DNA of 62,237 nucleotides, counting the filler, from Piptocephalis cylindrospora (lineage: Eukaryota), in the NCBI GenBank assembly GCA_003614145.1. It is 10 parts of 10 records of this genome, joined end to end, with 100 filler letters (N's around TTAATTAATTAA, not from the genome) between each part and the next. Parts side by side here need not be neighbours in the genome. Positions count along the whole stretch, not along the records: positions 37,529 to 43,635 come from KZ988318.1; positions 43,736 to 49,837 come from KZ988319.1; positions 49,938 to 56,039 come from KZ988320.1; 7 more parts are not named here. The stretch is one strand, 5' to 3'. This document shows positions 37,529-50,194 of this stretch, piece after piece. Each line of letters begins with the position of its first letter. The stretch's first letter is position 1. The notes below the pieces were generated by a model. That model saw only the letters and a list, made by a program, of their open reading frames with translations. It ran no database searches and was not told where the DNA came from. The translations under genes were made by a program, and so were the position numbers.

Positions 37529-37921
37529 GGACAACCTGGCAGGGTTGGGTACGGGCTGTCAAGGTAGGTTGGATGGAATGTGGCCATATGCCTTCCTTTA
37601 ACGATGTCGGGTGCTAATGCTCACTCTGCCCTCTAGTCAAGATTGCCGAATTCCATCCAGCTACTAACATGCCTTCCTGAAAAGGCACGAGAGGATGCCT
37701 TAACCATGGAGCCTTCGCTACGACAGCCTTGGGATGCGTATGTATCGGTGCATGGGCCACCACCTCCCGTGAGAGATTTGGAGGAGAGTATGGATGAAGA
37801 GGAAGAGGGCGGTGGTACTGATCAGGTGGGTGAGGGAGATAATGGTTCAAAAGACGAGGTCAAGGAAGGGGTCAAGGAAGGGGGCAAAGTGGGGGAGGAT
37901 GCCGTGATGGCGGACGATTGA
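37529..37921 (+). CDS. Symplekin/Pta1 C-terminal fragment
   Basis: Spliced TWQGWVRAVK-SRLPNSIQLLTCLPEKAREDALTMEPSLRQP resembles the symplekin C-terminal motif (W.GFIRC..P.SF..LLQLP). Confidence 0.55.
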
Positions 37922-38149
37922 GGCAAAAAACGAACACACAGATCATCTCATCCTATATATACCTCATACATCATCTATACTGTCCTTGTTTGGCTTGATG
38001 GATAGGCAAGATAGTGTCAGTGCCTTATATACACACTGCATCGTAGATATGCTACTATTTATACCATTATGGACTTTTTTCTTTATTATCACTCTTGCAG
38101 AAAGCCATTATTCATGAAATAGAGTACACTAGGCGCACATGAACCACAC

Positions 38150-39395
38150 AATCAAAAAGAACTAAAGTGATTTTAAATTGGTCAATAGCTCACTGCAGGA
38201 TTTAAGCAACTACAATATAGGCTACACTGGTGCACTTTTGATGCAGGATTCTGCAAATTCCATTCCCAACCATTAATCCCCAGTACGTCTACCCTTTGCC
38301 TTTAGGATGGCTTGGACCCTTGAAGGTATGCTGTTGATAAGATTCAGAACTACATCCTGGGGGATTTGAGTTCGGAGACTGAAAGGGCCATTCCAGGGCT
38401 TGTATCTCATTTGAGGAAAGCCAACTCCGGGCTTTGATAGAGGTATGCTTTGAATCATTATATTGCTGGAAGATGAAATTCTCGTCACCAAGGCCCCAGT
38501 CATCCAGTGATGATAGATGGCTCTCTTCCAATACATCACAGTATACGTCCGCATCCATGCTCCCGTCAAATTTCTGGTGTCTACCAACTCTATAGACAGA
38601 GATACAACCCCAGGCCAGCACATTACCTCCTCCATACTTAAGTGTAGGCACCATATTCCCACCATGGAAGGCCTCCCCAGGTCTCCTCCGGCACCACCAG
38701 GTGCCATCTGAGTTCACACGATTCACCTTGGACTAGTCCGTCCAGATAATACGCCACCAGACCTCCTGTATCCAACCCTGATGCATTCGTGCAAAGCGCA
38801 AGCGGGCTAACCTCTGCTTGCCCCTTCACGTTGAAGCCTTCCTAAGTCTCTTGGCTCTCAACCCCATTCTTTTAAGGGCACGACGCACTGTCTCTGCACT
38901 AACGCCCTCCTCATGGTCGGCGGAAATCTGCATTGCAACCCTCCTGGCTGATTTTCCAAATTCTGTAGTTACATCCCGGGCAGCCATTCGTCCTTCTTTC
39001 GGGGTTAGAAGCCTTGGGCGGCCGCCTGGGTTAGATTTTCCCACCATTCCTAGCTCTTTACGCTTCCTCATCACCGTAGATGCTCCTACCTTGGTCGAAG
39101 CGGCCACTTGGCGGACTGATTGACCCTTCTTCAGGAGCATCTTGATGCGCATAGTTGTTTCTTTTGGTATGGCTTTCATAATTGAGTGAGATGAAAGAAA
39201 CGAGATGGTCTGGGGGAGAATGAAAGTTCTTTGGTTCTTATTCTGGTGTTCCCTTGGCTTAATTCCTGTTATGTTAGCTTTTAGAGTAGAGATAATTCTG
39301 TCTCATTAATGCGCCAAGATAAATTGTTTCACAATTGTTTAATTTCTGCAATGAGTTCTTGATCAATTTAAAATTCCCTTGTCTCTTCTCGATTC
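38150..39395 (-). mobile_element. Degenerate Tc1/mariner DNA transposon with decayed terminal inverted repeats
   Basis: Transposase remnant flanked by imperfect inverted repeats at 38165-38203 and 39341-39380 (aaatcctgcagtgagctattgaccaatttaaaatc versus aatttctgcaatgagttcttgatcaatttaaaatt). Outer ends uncertain. Confidence 0.85.
38273..39179 (-). pseudogene. Tc1-family transposase pseudogene
   Basis: HTH region with GRPRLLT and VSAETVRRAL; IIWTD*SK, KYGGGNVLAWGCI, FQQYND (normally QQDN) and WPFQSPNSNP. Contains stops, a frameshift and a deletion. Confidence 0.92.
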
Positions 39396-39525
39396 ATTGT
39401 TTTATGGGGAAATCCTTCAATGTGAAGAACATCTGACCATCCACAGAAGATCACCAGGACTCACACCGTCTCTTGCCTCCTTACACAACAGCAACAGTGC
39501 ATACTTTAGAAACCAGCCAAGTGAG

Positions 39526-40558
39526 ATGCTCGTTGAGGACGCGTACGAAGAGCTTCTCAGTCTCTTTTCCTCCTCCTCATACTCGACATGGCGGCACAAC
39601 CGACTGACGGACCAGCAATCCACTCATCTGCCCATTCTTCTTAGAGGTAAGGGCACCCAGTCTTTCTGGTCTGAGAGACGTGTAATACGGCATCAAGTAG
39701 ACTGACGAGCTTGACATGACAGGTCCTGGGGAGGGAAACGAGCTGACGCTTCATCTTGTCCAGGATCGAGGATTACTAGGGACGCGTGGAGTTACGGGCT
39801 CGGTCACTTGGGATTCTTCCATTGCCCTTTCCAGATTATTGTATGGACAGCCAGAATTTTTACCCGAACGAGCCAGACCCAAGGGAAGACAGGTGGTGGA
39901 ACTAGGTTCGGGCTGTGGTCTAGTGGGTATGACGTGCGCAGCCCTGGGGGCTCGACGTGTGGTGTGTACGGATCGGGAGGATATGATTCCGCATTTGGAG
40001 AGGAATATACGGGCAAATGCTGTGGTGATTGCATCGGACGCCCCTGAACGACCCTTTGGTACAAAAGGGGGTCAAAGTGGAAGGAAAGGAAAGGGCAAGA
40101 GGAAGGGAAAGAGCTTGGATGAAGAGGCAGGAGCAACGTCAACGGACACACCCGATCGGGAGATCATGACAGCGGAATTAGAGTGGGGTCGAGGATTAGG
40201 TCGCGATGGAGGAAGAACCCGGGGAGACCCGCTAACCCAGTTGTTTACCAATGACCCGCCAGATCTGTTAATTGCATCGGACTGTGTGTATAATGAATGC
40301 GTGACGCCCCTACTGGTCTCGACGCTGGTGGATCTTTCCGGGCCAGAGACTACGCTGGTAGTGGCCCAGGAGTTACGAAGCGACCTGGTACATCTAGGGT
40401 TTCTCGAAGCTCTGATGGAATCCTTTACCCTAGACCGATTGTATCCCACTGAGGGGGGAGATGGGATGAGGATGGTGATCCCTGATGTTTCCGCAGATGT
40501 GCCCGTGGTGATTTATATGGGGCATCTTCGCTCAGATCTTGTTGATGACGATGAATGA
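39526..40558 (+). CDS. Protein-lysine methyltransferase (METTL21/RKM5-like), 2 exons
   Basis: GVTGSVTWDSS, VVELGSGCGLVG, VVCTD, ELEWG, LIASDCVYNE (DXXY), VAQELRS; intron at about 39647-39722. Confidence 0.88.
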
Positions 40559-41193
40559 TATTGACTTTGGGAATGTATGGGCGGACACATTCACGTGTTG
40601 TGCTGTAGTAGTGTTTATAGATAGCCTTGTTGGGTGGAGAGGGGGAGGGATGTGGTGCAAGTGCCCCCTATCTGATGAACACGACTTGCTATGCCATGCT
40701 ACCTACCAAGGCTCATGGGTCTGTACTTGAGTGTGTGAGTGTGTCACTCTATTCACTGCTTAGGTAGGTTTCTACATGTGCGCACATATTTATGTGGGAC
40801 ATATCCAGTGTCGCCTGAGTATGTCCTGGTATTATTATTATTACTATTTTGAGAGTCAACTGTCCCCTCCTCCCAGTGTGTGGAGAGAGGATAGGCGTGT
40901 TCCAGCAAGACACTCCACCTTCTCTCTTCAGTTCCTAGTACGTGAACATGGTACAATCCGGAGGAGGTCTGGGCCGTTGTGGTCCGAGAACCCACCCGTT
41001 TGTCCCTAATCCAGGGATACAGACACACACGCACACGCATTCTCTCTCTCTTTCTTATGTGTACAAGAGTACTTTATGTAAACCCCCCTCCAACACCCTT
41101 TACCCCCTTCTTCCCCTAAAGCGACCTTTCTTTCCTTCCTTGCCAAGACGCTTCCTCTGTACCCATCTGCCTGCCTTTGCTTTTATTGACGTC

Positions 41194-42600
41194 ATGTCCC
41201 TGCTGATGCGACACCTTTGTGGACCCAAGTCCCTTGGGGCTCCGTTGGTTCGAGCCTACTCCAAGAACGCGCCGATCCCGACACAGTTGAGCTTTCCGTG
41301 TGTGGATCAGACTCTGGAGAGGACCCGATCGCTGGATGGGGGACCAGAGCCGTTGTATGATCGGATTGTCACGGGGTATCAGGTGTACCAGCATCCCAAG
41401 CCCCTCATCCTGTACTGGGGAGGGGTGCTACAAGGCTTTGATCTGGCGTACGAGACGTGGGGTGAGCTGAATGCACGGAAGGACAATGCGATTCTATTGC
41501 ACACGGGTCTGAGCGGGAGTAGCCACGCTAGATCGCATGGGGAGAATGAGAAGCCGGGATGGTGGGAATCGTTCATTGGACCGGGTAGGCCGATTGACAC
41601 GAACCGGTTCCATGTGATTTGCACGAATGTGCTGGGAGGATGCTATGGGTCGACCGGACCCTCCTCGGCCCTTCCAGGGGGGAAGGGGGGGGAGCGGTAT
41701 GCGACGCGCTTCCCTCCTCTGACAATCCCGGATATGGTGCGGGCGCAGCTACGGCTCCTGGACCAGCTGGGGATTGAGCGGTTGCACGCGAGTGTGGGTT
41801 CAAGCATGGGGGGGATGCAATCTTTGTGCCTTGCCTCGATGGCACCGGATCGGGTGGGGAGGGTGGTGAGCATTAGTGCAGCGGCCCGATCCCACCCTTA
41901 CTCGATTGCCCTGAGACACACGCAACGTCAGGTGTTGATGTCGGATCCGCACTGGAACAAGGGCCATTATTACGGCGGAGTCCTCCCGCATGCAGGGATG
42001 AAGCTAGCTCGGGAGGTGGCGACGATCAGTTACCGGTCAGGTCCGGAGTGGGAAAGACGGTTTGGACGGAAGCGGGTAAATCCGCAGGAGACGCCGGCAT
42101 TGTGCGCGGATTTCCTGATTGAAACGTACTTGGATCACCAAGGCGAGCGGTTCTGTCTGCAATTTGATCCCAATTCCCTTTTGTACATTTCGCGGGCCAT
42201 GGATCTGTTTGACATGTCGGCGCAGCGGGGGAGGGAAGCACGAGCTCGGAGATTGGCAGCGTCCGAGAAGCACGAGGTCCCTCTCGAAACGGAAGATGTG
42301 GATATTGAGGAGGTGGGGGATGGGAGGGATGGGGAGGATGTAGAGCTCGTACGGGGCATGTCCCGAATCCATCATCCGACCTTGGTGCTCGGGGTGCAAT
42401 CGGATATCCTGTTCCCGCACTGGCAGCAACAGGAGATTGCCCGGTCACTTCGTCGGGCCGGGAACAGTCAGGTGACGCACTATGAGCTGGATGCCGAGTA
42501 TGGGCATGACACCTTCCTGATTGACACGATCAATGTGGGGGCAGCGGTCAAGGGACATCTTGAGCAGGAGCCGGGCAGTGTTGGTAAGATTGATTCTTGA
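41194..42600 (+). CDS. CYS2: Serine O-succinyl/acetyltransferase, MetX-fold (Cys2/CysA type), probably mitochondrial
   Basis: [35 protein letters not shown] nucleophile elbow, [24 protein letters not shown]; presequence-like N-terminus. Confidence 0.9.
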   Translation: MSLLMRHLCGPKSLGAPLVRAYSKNAPIPTQLSFPCVDQTLERTRSLDGGPEPLYDRIVTGYQVYQHPKPLILYWGGVLQGFDLAYETWGELNARKDNAILLHTGLSGSSHARSHGENEKPGWWESFIGPGRPIDTNRFHVICTNVLGGCYGSTGPSSALPGGKGGERYATRFPPLTIPDMVRAQLRLLDQLGIERLHASVGSSMGGMQSLCLASMAPDRVGRVVSISAAARSHPYSIALRHTQRQVLMSDPHWNKGHYYGGVLPHAGMKLAREVATISYRSGPEWERRFGRKRVNPQETPALCADFLIETYLDHQGERFCLQFDPNSLLYISRAMDLFDMSAQRGREARARRLAASEKHEVPLETEDVDIEEVGDGRDGEDVELVRGMSRIHHPTLVLGVQSDILFPHWQQQEIARSLRRAGNSQVTHYELDAEYGHDTFLIDTINVGAAVKGHLEQEPGSVGKIDS

Positions 42601-42724
42601 TGGAGAGGGGAGAGAGAAAGGGAATAAAAGCGGTGGATGAAGAGACATGTGCGAGAGAGAGAGAGAGTGTGTGTGTATGTGTATGTATATAAGATGATGA
42701 GTCTCTTTCGGCCTCCAACACGTC

Positions 42725-43635
42725 CTAGGGACCCGAAGAGCCCATCTGGGCCTCACGAAGATTTTCTGGGGCAGCATCAAAGACGTTGAAAAACCTCTCG
42801 AGTTGGGGATTGACCTCGAGGATGGAGGCTTTGTTGCCACAGCGATAGCAGTAGTTTGGGGCGGACCAGACGGTGGAGAGCAGATCGTCAAAGAGGACGG
42901 TGTAGCCATCCATGCAGAGCTGATGAGCACGAAGGATGTGCTGATGGGCATTGAGGTGGAGGAAGCGACGGACGACCTGACGACCAAAGTAGTATCCGGC
43001 ACCCCGGGGGGACATGACAAACTCATCCTTGTCGGGATCAGGATCGGACCAGACGAGGTCGGCCATGGGGCCTTCGTGGGGGACTTCGCGGAAACGATCG
43101 AGGACCTTGACCTGGTCAATGCTATGGATGGAGGGGGAAAGGCCGCCGTGGACACAAAAGATGCTATCGTCGATGACGGCGCTGAGGGTGAGAAAGTCAA
43201 AGAGGTCGGTGAAGGCGCGCCAGACCAAGGGGTCAGCGTTGTATTTTCGGGTGCACTCTGCGTAGAAGCCGTAGGTCTGGGTGACTGCACGGGTCTCGTG
43301 GTTACCACGGACCAGATGGACCCTGGAGGGGTAGCGTAGCTTGAGACAGGTGAGGAGGGAGATGGTCTCGACGCTAAAGTAGCCGCGGTCGACGTAGTCA
43401 CCGAGGAAGAGGTAGTTGGTGTCGGGGCATGGGCCGCCGATGCGGAAGATCTCTAGGAGGTCGTGAAACTGGCCGTGGATGTCGCCCACGACGGTGACTG
43501 GGGTGGCGATGTGGACGACGTTACTTTCGCCCAGCAGGACCTCCTTGGTCTTTTCACAGAGTTCCCGGATGGTCAGAGGGTCCAGGAGCTGGCAGGCATA
43601 GACCTTTTCCAGGCACTTTTCCAGGTTGAGGGGCA
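42725..43635 (-). CDS. PPG1: PP2A-family Ser/Thr phosphatase catalytic subunit, PPG1-like, 5' partial
   Basis: GDIHGQ, GDYVDRG, LKLRYPSRVHLVRGNHE, HGGLSP, RAHQ, SAPNYCYRCGN. The subfamily call is less certain than the family call. Confidence 0.82.
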
Positions 43636-44254
43636 NNNNNNNNNNNNNNNNNNNNNNNNNNNNNNNNNNNNNNNNNNNNTTAATTAATTAANNNNNNNNN
43701 NNNNNNNNNNNNNNNNNNNNNNNNNNNNNNNNNNNAAGGCTGTTTTGCTAATCACGTTCGTGTTAGCATGCGCGGGGGAAGGGTGGATGGGCAGTCGTAT
43801 GATGTTGTCCTTTGAGCATGCATCCGCATATCCACCCCTAGATCTAGGGAAAGAGGGGATAGGGGGACGGGGTTGGCCAGTACAGATAAAGCGTGTCATG
43901 TATGAATCAGATTTAATCAGTGTTGATGAGGCACGTTATGTTCGACTGGGTCTGATCAGGCTAGGTAAACGGGACAAGCTCGCTTTGCCCTTGTCCCATT
44001 CATCCCTTTTGATGATCACACATCCCAAAAGGCAAAGGCACGTAATAACAGCTTATGTATTCCCGCTCCGGCAGAAACAAACGCCATCCCTGCTGCCAAT
44101 CCATATCCCAACCACACCTTCTTTTACCTCCCCAGATACCATGAGTACCTTTTAGTGAGATCGACAAAAGCAAGAGGATGGCCGGAGGAATATCCCTTTG
44201 GATATCATCATGGTCCTAGTCAACCCTCCCATCATATTCCATCGTCACACCATC

Positions 44255-45887
44255 TTAATCCTTGGAGGACTTGGATTTCTTGGACTTCTTGGGCTTCTAA
44301 AGAGAGAGAAAGAGAAAAAAAAGATAAGTACACATTATTTACACAGCTTTACCTCTTTCATAAGATGAAAAAAGAAAAGAACGTACCTCCTCATCGACCT
44401 CCTTCTTCTCCTTCTTTTCCTTCTTCTCCTTCTTCTCCTTCTTAGCCTTCTTCACTTCAACAGCCTCACTAGACTCGTCGGCCTCCCTCTCCCTCTTTGC
44501 GGGTGTGGGGGCAGAGCCATTAGCCTTAGCCAGGTTGTTGGCGGCGAGCTTGGCCGTGGCCTCGGGCTCCCGGTCGTAATCCACGTAGGACTTGCTGAAG
44601 GACTCGGGAGTCTGCTCGTTCTTGCGACCAAACCGATCCAGCTTGCCCTCCTTCACCAGCTTCTTCTTCTCCGTGGCCTTGGGACCCAGACCCCAGCGAC
44701 GGGGGTAGAGGTCACGCTCCATGATGACACGCTTGATCTTGGCTACAACGCCATGGTCACAGGTAGCCATGACCGCCGTAGTCATCTGGGCGTAGGCGAG
44801 GGCGATGGCCTCACCCTTGGTGGACATGAGGACCACCTCGTCATCCACCTCAATGCCTCCCTCGTACCTCAAAAGACCAGGGATCATGAGCTTGGCGCCG
44901 TAGCAGATGGCGTTGACGGCCGAGTCCTTGACCACAATCCGGCGGTACCCGGTAAGTAGCATCTCTAGGGGACGCACGACGCGGCGGAGATAGGACTCAT
45001 CATTGGTGGTCTTGTAGGTCCACTGGGCATCAAGAATATCGTGCATGGTTACCATGTCATCATTCTCGCTCAAGGCCCCGGAGCGCACACGACGCAACTC
45101 CTGCATGTGGCCACCGGCCCCGAGGAGAAGTCCAAGGTGGACACACAGGGTACGGATGTAGGTTCCAGCCTCGCAAGACACCCAGAAAATGCCGAGATGA
45201 CGGTCATTGTCAAACTCAAGAAGCTTGGACTCGTAGATGGTACGGATCCGAAGCTGACGCTTAACGGCGGAAATGAGTGGGGGACGCTGGAAGAGGGCTC
45301 CGGTCAGGGTCTCAATGGCCTGGGAGAGCTTCTTCTCTGACTCCAAGGCATCGTGGAGACGCAGAACAGCCACATACTCCTTACCCGCTCCCTGCTGGCT
45401 CTTCACCAGACGGGTGGCCCGGTCCACGCACACAATCAGACACCCGGTCACCTTGGGATCCAGAGTACCAGAGTGTCCAGTCTTCTCCACCTCGAGGATC
45501 CGGCGGATCCACGCGACCACCTCGTGAGACGAAGGGTTGGAGGGCTTATCCAGATTGATCACACCGTACCGGAGGTGCTCCTGCAGAGGTCGCTTGAGAG
45601 GAGAGTGACCCTGGGGAATAGGGGTAAAGTGACCAGAGCGCACATGGAGCTTATCGTAGTTCTACAGTGAGGGAGAAAGATGAAGTGAAATGAAATGAGG
45701 TGGGGTAGGATGGAGTGAGGTGAGGTGAGGTGAGTCATGGATGCTGATGTTAGGAAGAGACCCGATGTCAAATGCAATAGGGTCTTACCTTCAGGAGAAG
45801 AGGCCAGTCGGACGTGTCGAGGGAAGGAGTGCTCTTTTCAGGCTTGAGAAGGTATTCACCCTCCTGCTTATTCTGAGAACCAGACAT
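44255..45887 (-). CDS. CBF5: H/ACA snoRNP pseudouridine synthase Cbf5/dyskerin, 3 exons
   Basis: [45 protein letters not shown], a PUA domain and a KEK-repeat tail. Confidence 0.98.
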
Positions 45888-46587
45888 GTCGAATGGGCGT
45901 AGGATACGATAGGGGAGAGGGAGGGGAGGAAGGAAAGGGAAGACCGTGAAAAGCAAAGGGTCTTTTTGTGCGGTGGGGCAAGGAGAGGGGGGGAGCAATA
46001 AGGAACTATGGACCAGGGGAGTGGGCTGGAGGATGAGAATGGTAGGCGCCAGTAGGGATGAGGAATAGAAGGGCAGGTGTTAGTGCAGTCAGATCAGGCC
46101 AGGACTTCCCTCTCTATACACACTGGATAGGCTTCTTTTTTGCACACACACACACATACACACACACACCAGAGCACCCAGCGAATGTGCGTGTCTGTGT
46201 GTGCAGTGAGAGGGGGAGGAGAGAAGCGCAAAAAAAAAGAAAAAATCCGCACACACAACACACACGCGCCCCATACCTTGCAGGTATTATTATAGTCTAG
46301 AGAAAACAGCAAAATAGGAAACCGGATAAAAAGGGTCATATTTGGGTGATTTTTATATTTGGAATGGGCACAAGCACAGATAGTGAGGAGCAGTATGATA
46401 TGATATGAGGGAGAGAGAGGGGAGCAGCAAGCGATAGAGCTCCATGCATCCCTTCTGTGATAGGCCGTACACACGACTGCTTTTTGCCCTCTGTATCATC
46501 TCCTAATCTTGATCATCACCGTCCATTCAGCATGCATGAGGGAAGCATGGATAGGAAAGTAGGTATCCGTACTATCCCTCGGAAACC

Positions 46588-47418
46588 CTACTTGGTTGTT
46601 GGGGGTGTGTCACAGCGCTGCTTCTGTTGCCAATGCCGCTCCACCGCATCACGATCATACGACACTGGAGGAGAGGGTGGGACAATGTCCCCAATAGGAC
46701 GACGTCCATGGGAGGACATGGATTGTGGCATGGGAGAGGAGGAGGATGGTCCAGGAGCACAATCTAAGCTCCGTCGCCTTCTACCTTCCCCCTCGTCATC
46801 TTGAACCGTGGTTTCCGCTACATTCCCCCTCTGCTTACGTCCCTCTGCTTCTTTCCGCATCGTCTCTGATCGGAAGGCAGGAGAAGGCGCTCGGAGTAGT
46901 GGAGGTGGTCGAGCTGGGAGAGAATCTTCAGAGAGAATATTTTCCCCATTCATCCGGGTACCTCTTGGGGATGAGTACTGAGGAACAGGTGAATTGGGGC
47001 GGCCCACCTGGACAATCGTGTCCGAAGCAGTGGCGGGGTCGGTCGGATACGGAGGCACTGGATCTGCATCGTACGAATTGGTCCGGGAAGTCGGACGGAA
47101 GTACCCACCACCATGCTGCTGTTGTTGCTGCAGGGACATTCCAGGCCCATGTGTCGTTTGGGTATTCTGGGCCATGGGAACCGGAGTGGTGGATGAATCC
47201 AGGAACTGGGTGCGGTACTTTCTGTAACAGGCCCAGCCAAACAATAGTATCACAAGAATGATCACCGCAATGGCTACGAGGACAATCGGAATGGTCCCAT
47301 GGCTACCTGGCTTGGGAATGTCCTGAGGCGGCACGTCCATGGTACCCATCGTATCCCCGGAGGTTCCGGGTATCAATGGAGACAGAGGTGGGGTTTCCTG
47401 GCCGGGAGGGGCGTTCAT
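46588..47418 (-). CDS. Hypothetical single-pass membrane protein with a PPxY motif
   Basis: TM segment IPIVLVAIAVIILVILLFGWACY followed by RKYR; cytosolic VPPYP and a Pro-rich tail. Confidence 0.6.
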   Translation of the reverse strand: MNAPPGQETPPLSPLIPGTSGDTMGTMDVPPQDIPKPGSHGTIPIVLVAIAVIILVILLFGWACYRKYRTQFLDSSTTPVPMAQNTQTTHGPGMSLQQQQQHGGGYFRPTSRTNSYDADPVPPYPTDPATASDTIVQVGRPNSPVPQYSSPRGTRMNGENILSEDSLPARPPPLLRAPSPAFRSETMRKEAEGRKQRGNVAETTVQDDEGEGRRRRSLDCAPGPSSSSPMPQSMSSHGRRPIGDIVPPSPPVSYDRDAVERHWQQKQRCDTPPTTK

Positions 47419-48941
47419 CTTCGTGAAAGATTAGATGATTGTCAAATTGGGGCAATGGTGATAATGAGGATGATTATGCAATGGTATGAGCGATCGAAAG
47501 GGAGATACAGGAATATAGGGTCGATGAGTAAGGGAATAGATCAAGTAGGGTAGGGTAGAGAGTAGATCCTAACAAGCAAAGGAAGAGGTAATGGTAAGAT
47601 TGGATAATGGCACAGGGAGATTTTACGGTTAGCGGGATGGAATGGGCGGATACGCCACCTTTGCAAAGGTCACTCAGGCTTTATACTCCCCTCACTTTTT
47701 TTTCTCAAGGTAAATGAAACGAGATAAGCACTGCAAGACGAAAGCGTATATATCTCAAATTCTATCTTCCTCTGGAAGAAAGCATGTTTTCAAAAGGAAG
47801 ATCACATGAAATATGGTGCCTGGTGTCAGAATAAGATCACTGAGACTCCGATAAAGTGGTGAAACATGCAGGATCATTGGTTTCCATACCCCCCCCAAGG
47901 TCAGACAGCAATCCAATAAGAAACATTGTACGCGTTCGTTACCTAAAGTGAAACATATGGCCGAGCTTCCTTCCCACATCCTGAGAGAAATACTATTGGG
48001 TTTTAGTGCTATTCACGTGTCTTCAGACTCACGCACTATTATTCAAAGCGGGTATGGCAAGGAAAGATCTAAGGATCGTCTCTGTGTCAAAGATCTGGGA
48101 GGATGAAGAAGGTCATGAGAAACAAATGACAAAAAACCAAACTGCTTTCCGGATGCAGGAAAAGCTTCAAAAGGATCAACAATGCAACGACACCTTCCCA
48201 ATTTGGGCTATGCACACAAGGTATTGTAGCCTTAAGGACATGAAGAGCACAAAACAATCGAGGGTTTAATGGCAAAAAGAAATCCCTTTTAATAGCAGTA
48301 CATGCTCACCTTTGAGGAATTAGATGTGGAATATGAGGGATGGTGAGGCCTAAGAGAAAAAGTGAACCGTGTGCTCAGTTGATACCTAGAGAATACCGTA
48401 GGAGAGTACAAGAGTGAAGGGAAGTGTATTACTCCAGGGATCTTTTTTGCCTCCCTTCCCCCTCTCCCTCATGAATACCCCAATGGGTTTGTATTCAGCG
48501 TATAAACAAATTTCTGAAATGTCATATTTCTAAAAATGATGACATGAGTCATCGATTGTAGTGCTTGTATGGCAAAAATCATGTCAATCATGAGCCGAGG
48601 TTAAAATTCAAGATTTATTGCAGGAGGATGATTAGATGAATAATACTTGACCATTACTATCGGATACTCTCATGACAAGAGGGCCTGACAGCTCTTCAAG
48701 CTGTCTCCTCGGTATGTATGCATCAGTCTTAGGCATACTCTGCGAGTACGAGCGCCTCAAGACAGAGCCCTATCGCTATATACATATATATACCAATACC
48801 AGCATCCTTTTCAGGATGATCATCTGTACTCTATTGAACAGTAGCTCACATCACAGAATACGGGACAGTGTTAAAAGGATTGAATAGGATGTATTCAATA
48901 GGTGACTTGAATAGTCATAGCGTTAGCTACAGACGGAAGGT

Positions 48942-49232
48942 TTAAAAGCCAGCAGCATGCTGCTCTACCTTTCCCCCCTGCTTACGCGCCTCTCCTTTGG
49001 TCTCCCTGACAGGGTTGTTCGTAGCCTTGCCCATGAGCTTCTCGCCCTCGCCGGCGACCCGGTCGGTCACCCCAGCGGACTCGTGATGAGCCTGGGCTTG
49101 ATGCTTCTGAGCATGTCCGGCGGCGTGGTTACCATAGCCGCGGGCCTCCATGGAATGGTTTCCGAGGGCGGCACCGGTGTTTTGCTGGGTCTTTCCCTTG
49201 ATCTTGTTCTCGGCGGCGTGCATATGGGACAT
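48942..49232 (-). CDS. CsbD-like small hydrophilic stress protein
   Basis: Two CsbD-type units (NKIKGKTQQNTGAALGNHSMEARG; DRVAGEGEKLMGKATNNPVRETKG). TATAAA occurs upstream on the minus strand near 49360. Confidence 0.75.
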   Translation of the reverse strand: MSHMHAAENKIKGKTQQNTGAALGNHSMEARGYGNHAAGHAQKHQAQAHHESAGVTDRVAGEGEKLMGKATNNPVRETKGEARKQGGKVEQHAAGF

Positions 49233-50194
49233 GGTGGTTATGGAAAAATGAATGAAGATGGGTGAAAGTGGAAAATGATGGTGGAATGCAATGAGGATGG
49301 AGGGTTGATGGGGAGAAGCGGGTGAGGATGTGGGAAAGAGCGATAGAATCGCTGGTCTTTTATAAGCTGATTTTCCTTATTACAGGAAGCATCGTCCTTT
49401 GATGTCTACACCAGCTGTACCCATTGATTGGCGTTGAACTAATATTCAGCATGAGCGGTACTTCTCTATCATGACATAGTGCACAAAACTCCGAGCACAA
49501 TCTACTAGCCCTAGTCATTGATTAGTATTAGTCTCGCCTGTTATCGCCCATAGAAATCATCATTTCGTTGTTAAGCCTTAGAATAAGGAAATCTGCTTTT
49601 GGGCCCTATGGCTAAGCATACCTGTCATTGTCACCGGTAGTGGCCTAGACGTCCATGGTAGGGCCCAGTGGATCTAAGGGGAGAATCGCTTAAAAAGGAA
49701 GCGGAATTAGAACGTGACGCTGGGCCTACTATCCCGATATAGCCATTGCCTCACACGTTTCTCCGCATCAAATCTACGACACTGACCTAGTTTGGAAAGT
49801 GCAGTGTGGGGGGTTGCCCTAATTATCCACTTCATCCNNNNNNNNNNNNNNNNNNNNNNNNNNNNNNNNNNNNNNNNNNNNTTAATTAATTAANNNNNNN
49901 NNNNNNNNNNNNNNNNNNNNNNNNNNNNNNNNNNNNNCGCTCACCACTTAAGGCCTGGCCTTTCAGTGGTCCACGCAATGATAAGGTGAGACTAGGAAAG
50001 GCTGGTTTCTAGAACTGGACCAGACCCGGATCGGCCCTCTTTTCCTCTTTCTCTTAACTCTTTCATCAGCATCGTCACCCGGTCTCCCTCTCCTTCAGAG
50101 CCGCAATCTTGTTCCGTGGATAATACTCTGGTTGCGCTCATACTACAACCCTCGTCCCCCACACTTTCTCACGGTCTCCTTCTCACCTTGGACC

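Noticed and set aside
39526..43635. Methyltransferase, acyltransferase and phosphatase next to a transposon, as a possible biosynthetic or defence cluster
   Set aside because: All three are ordinary housekeeping families with unrelated functions.
45663..45789. CBF5 intron with pentamer repeats, as a possible intronic snoRNA
   Set aside because: Simple gtgag/tgaaa repeats; no evident hairpin-H-hairpin-ACA or C/D structure.
47750..48600. AT-rich tract with short ORFs, as a possible decayed transposon
   Set aside because: No diagnostic motif or terminal repeat recognisable by eye.
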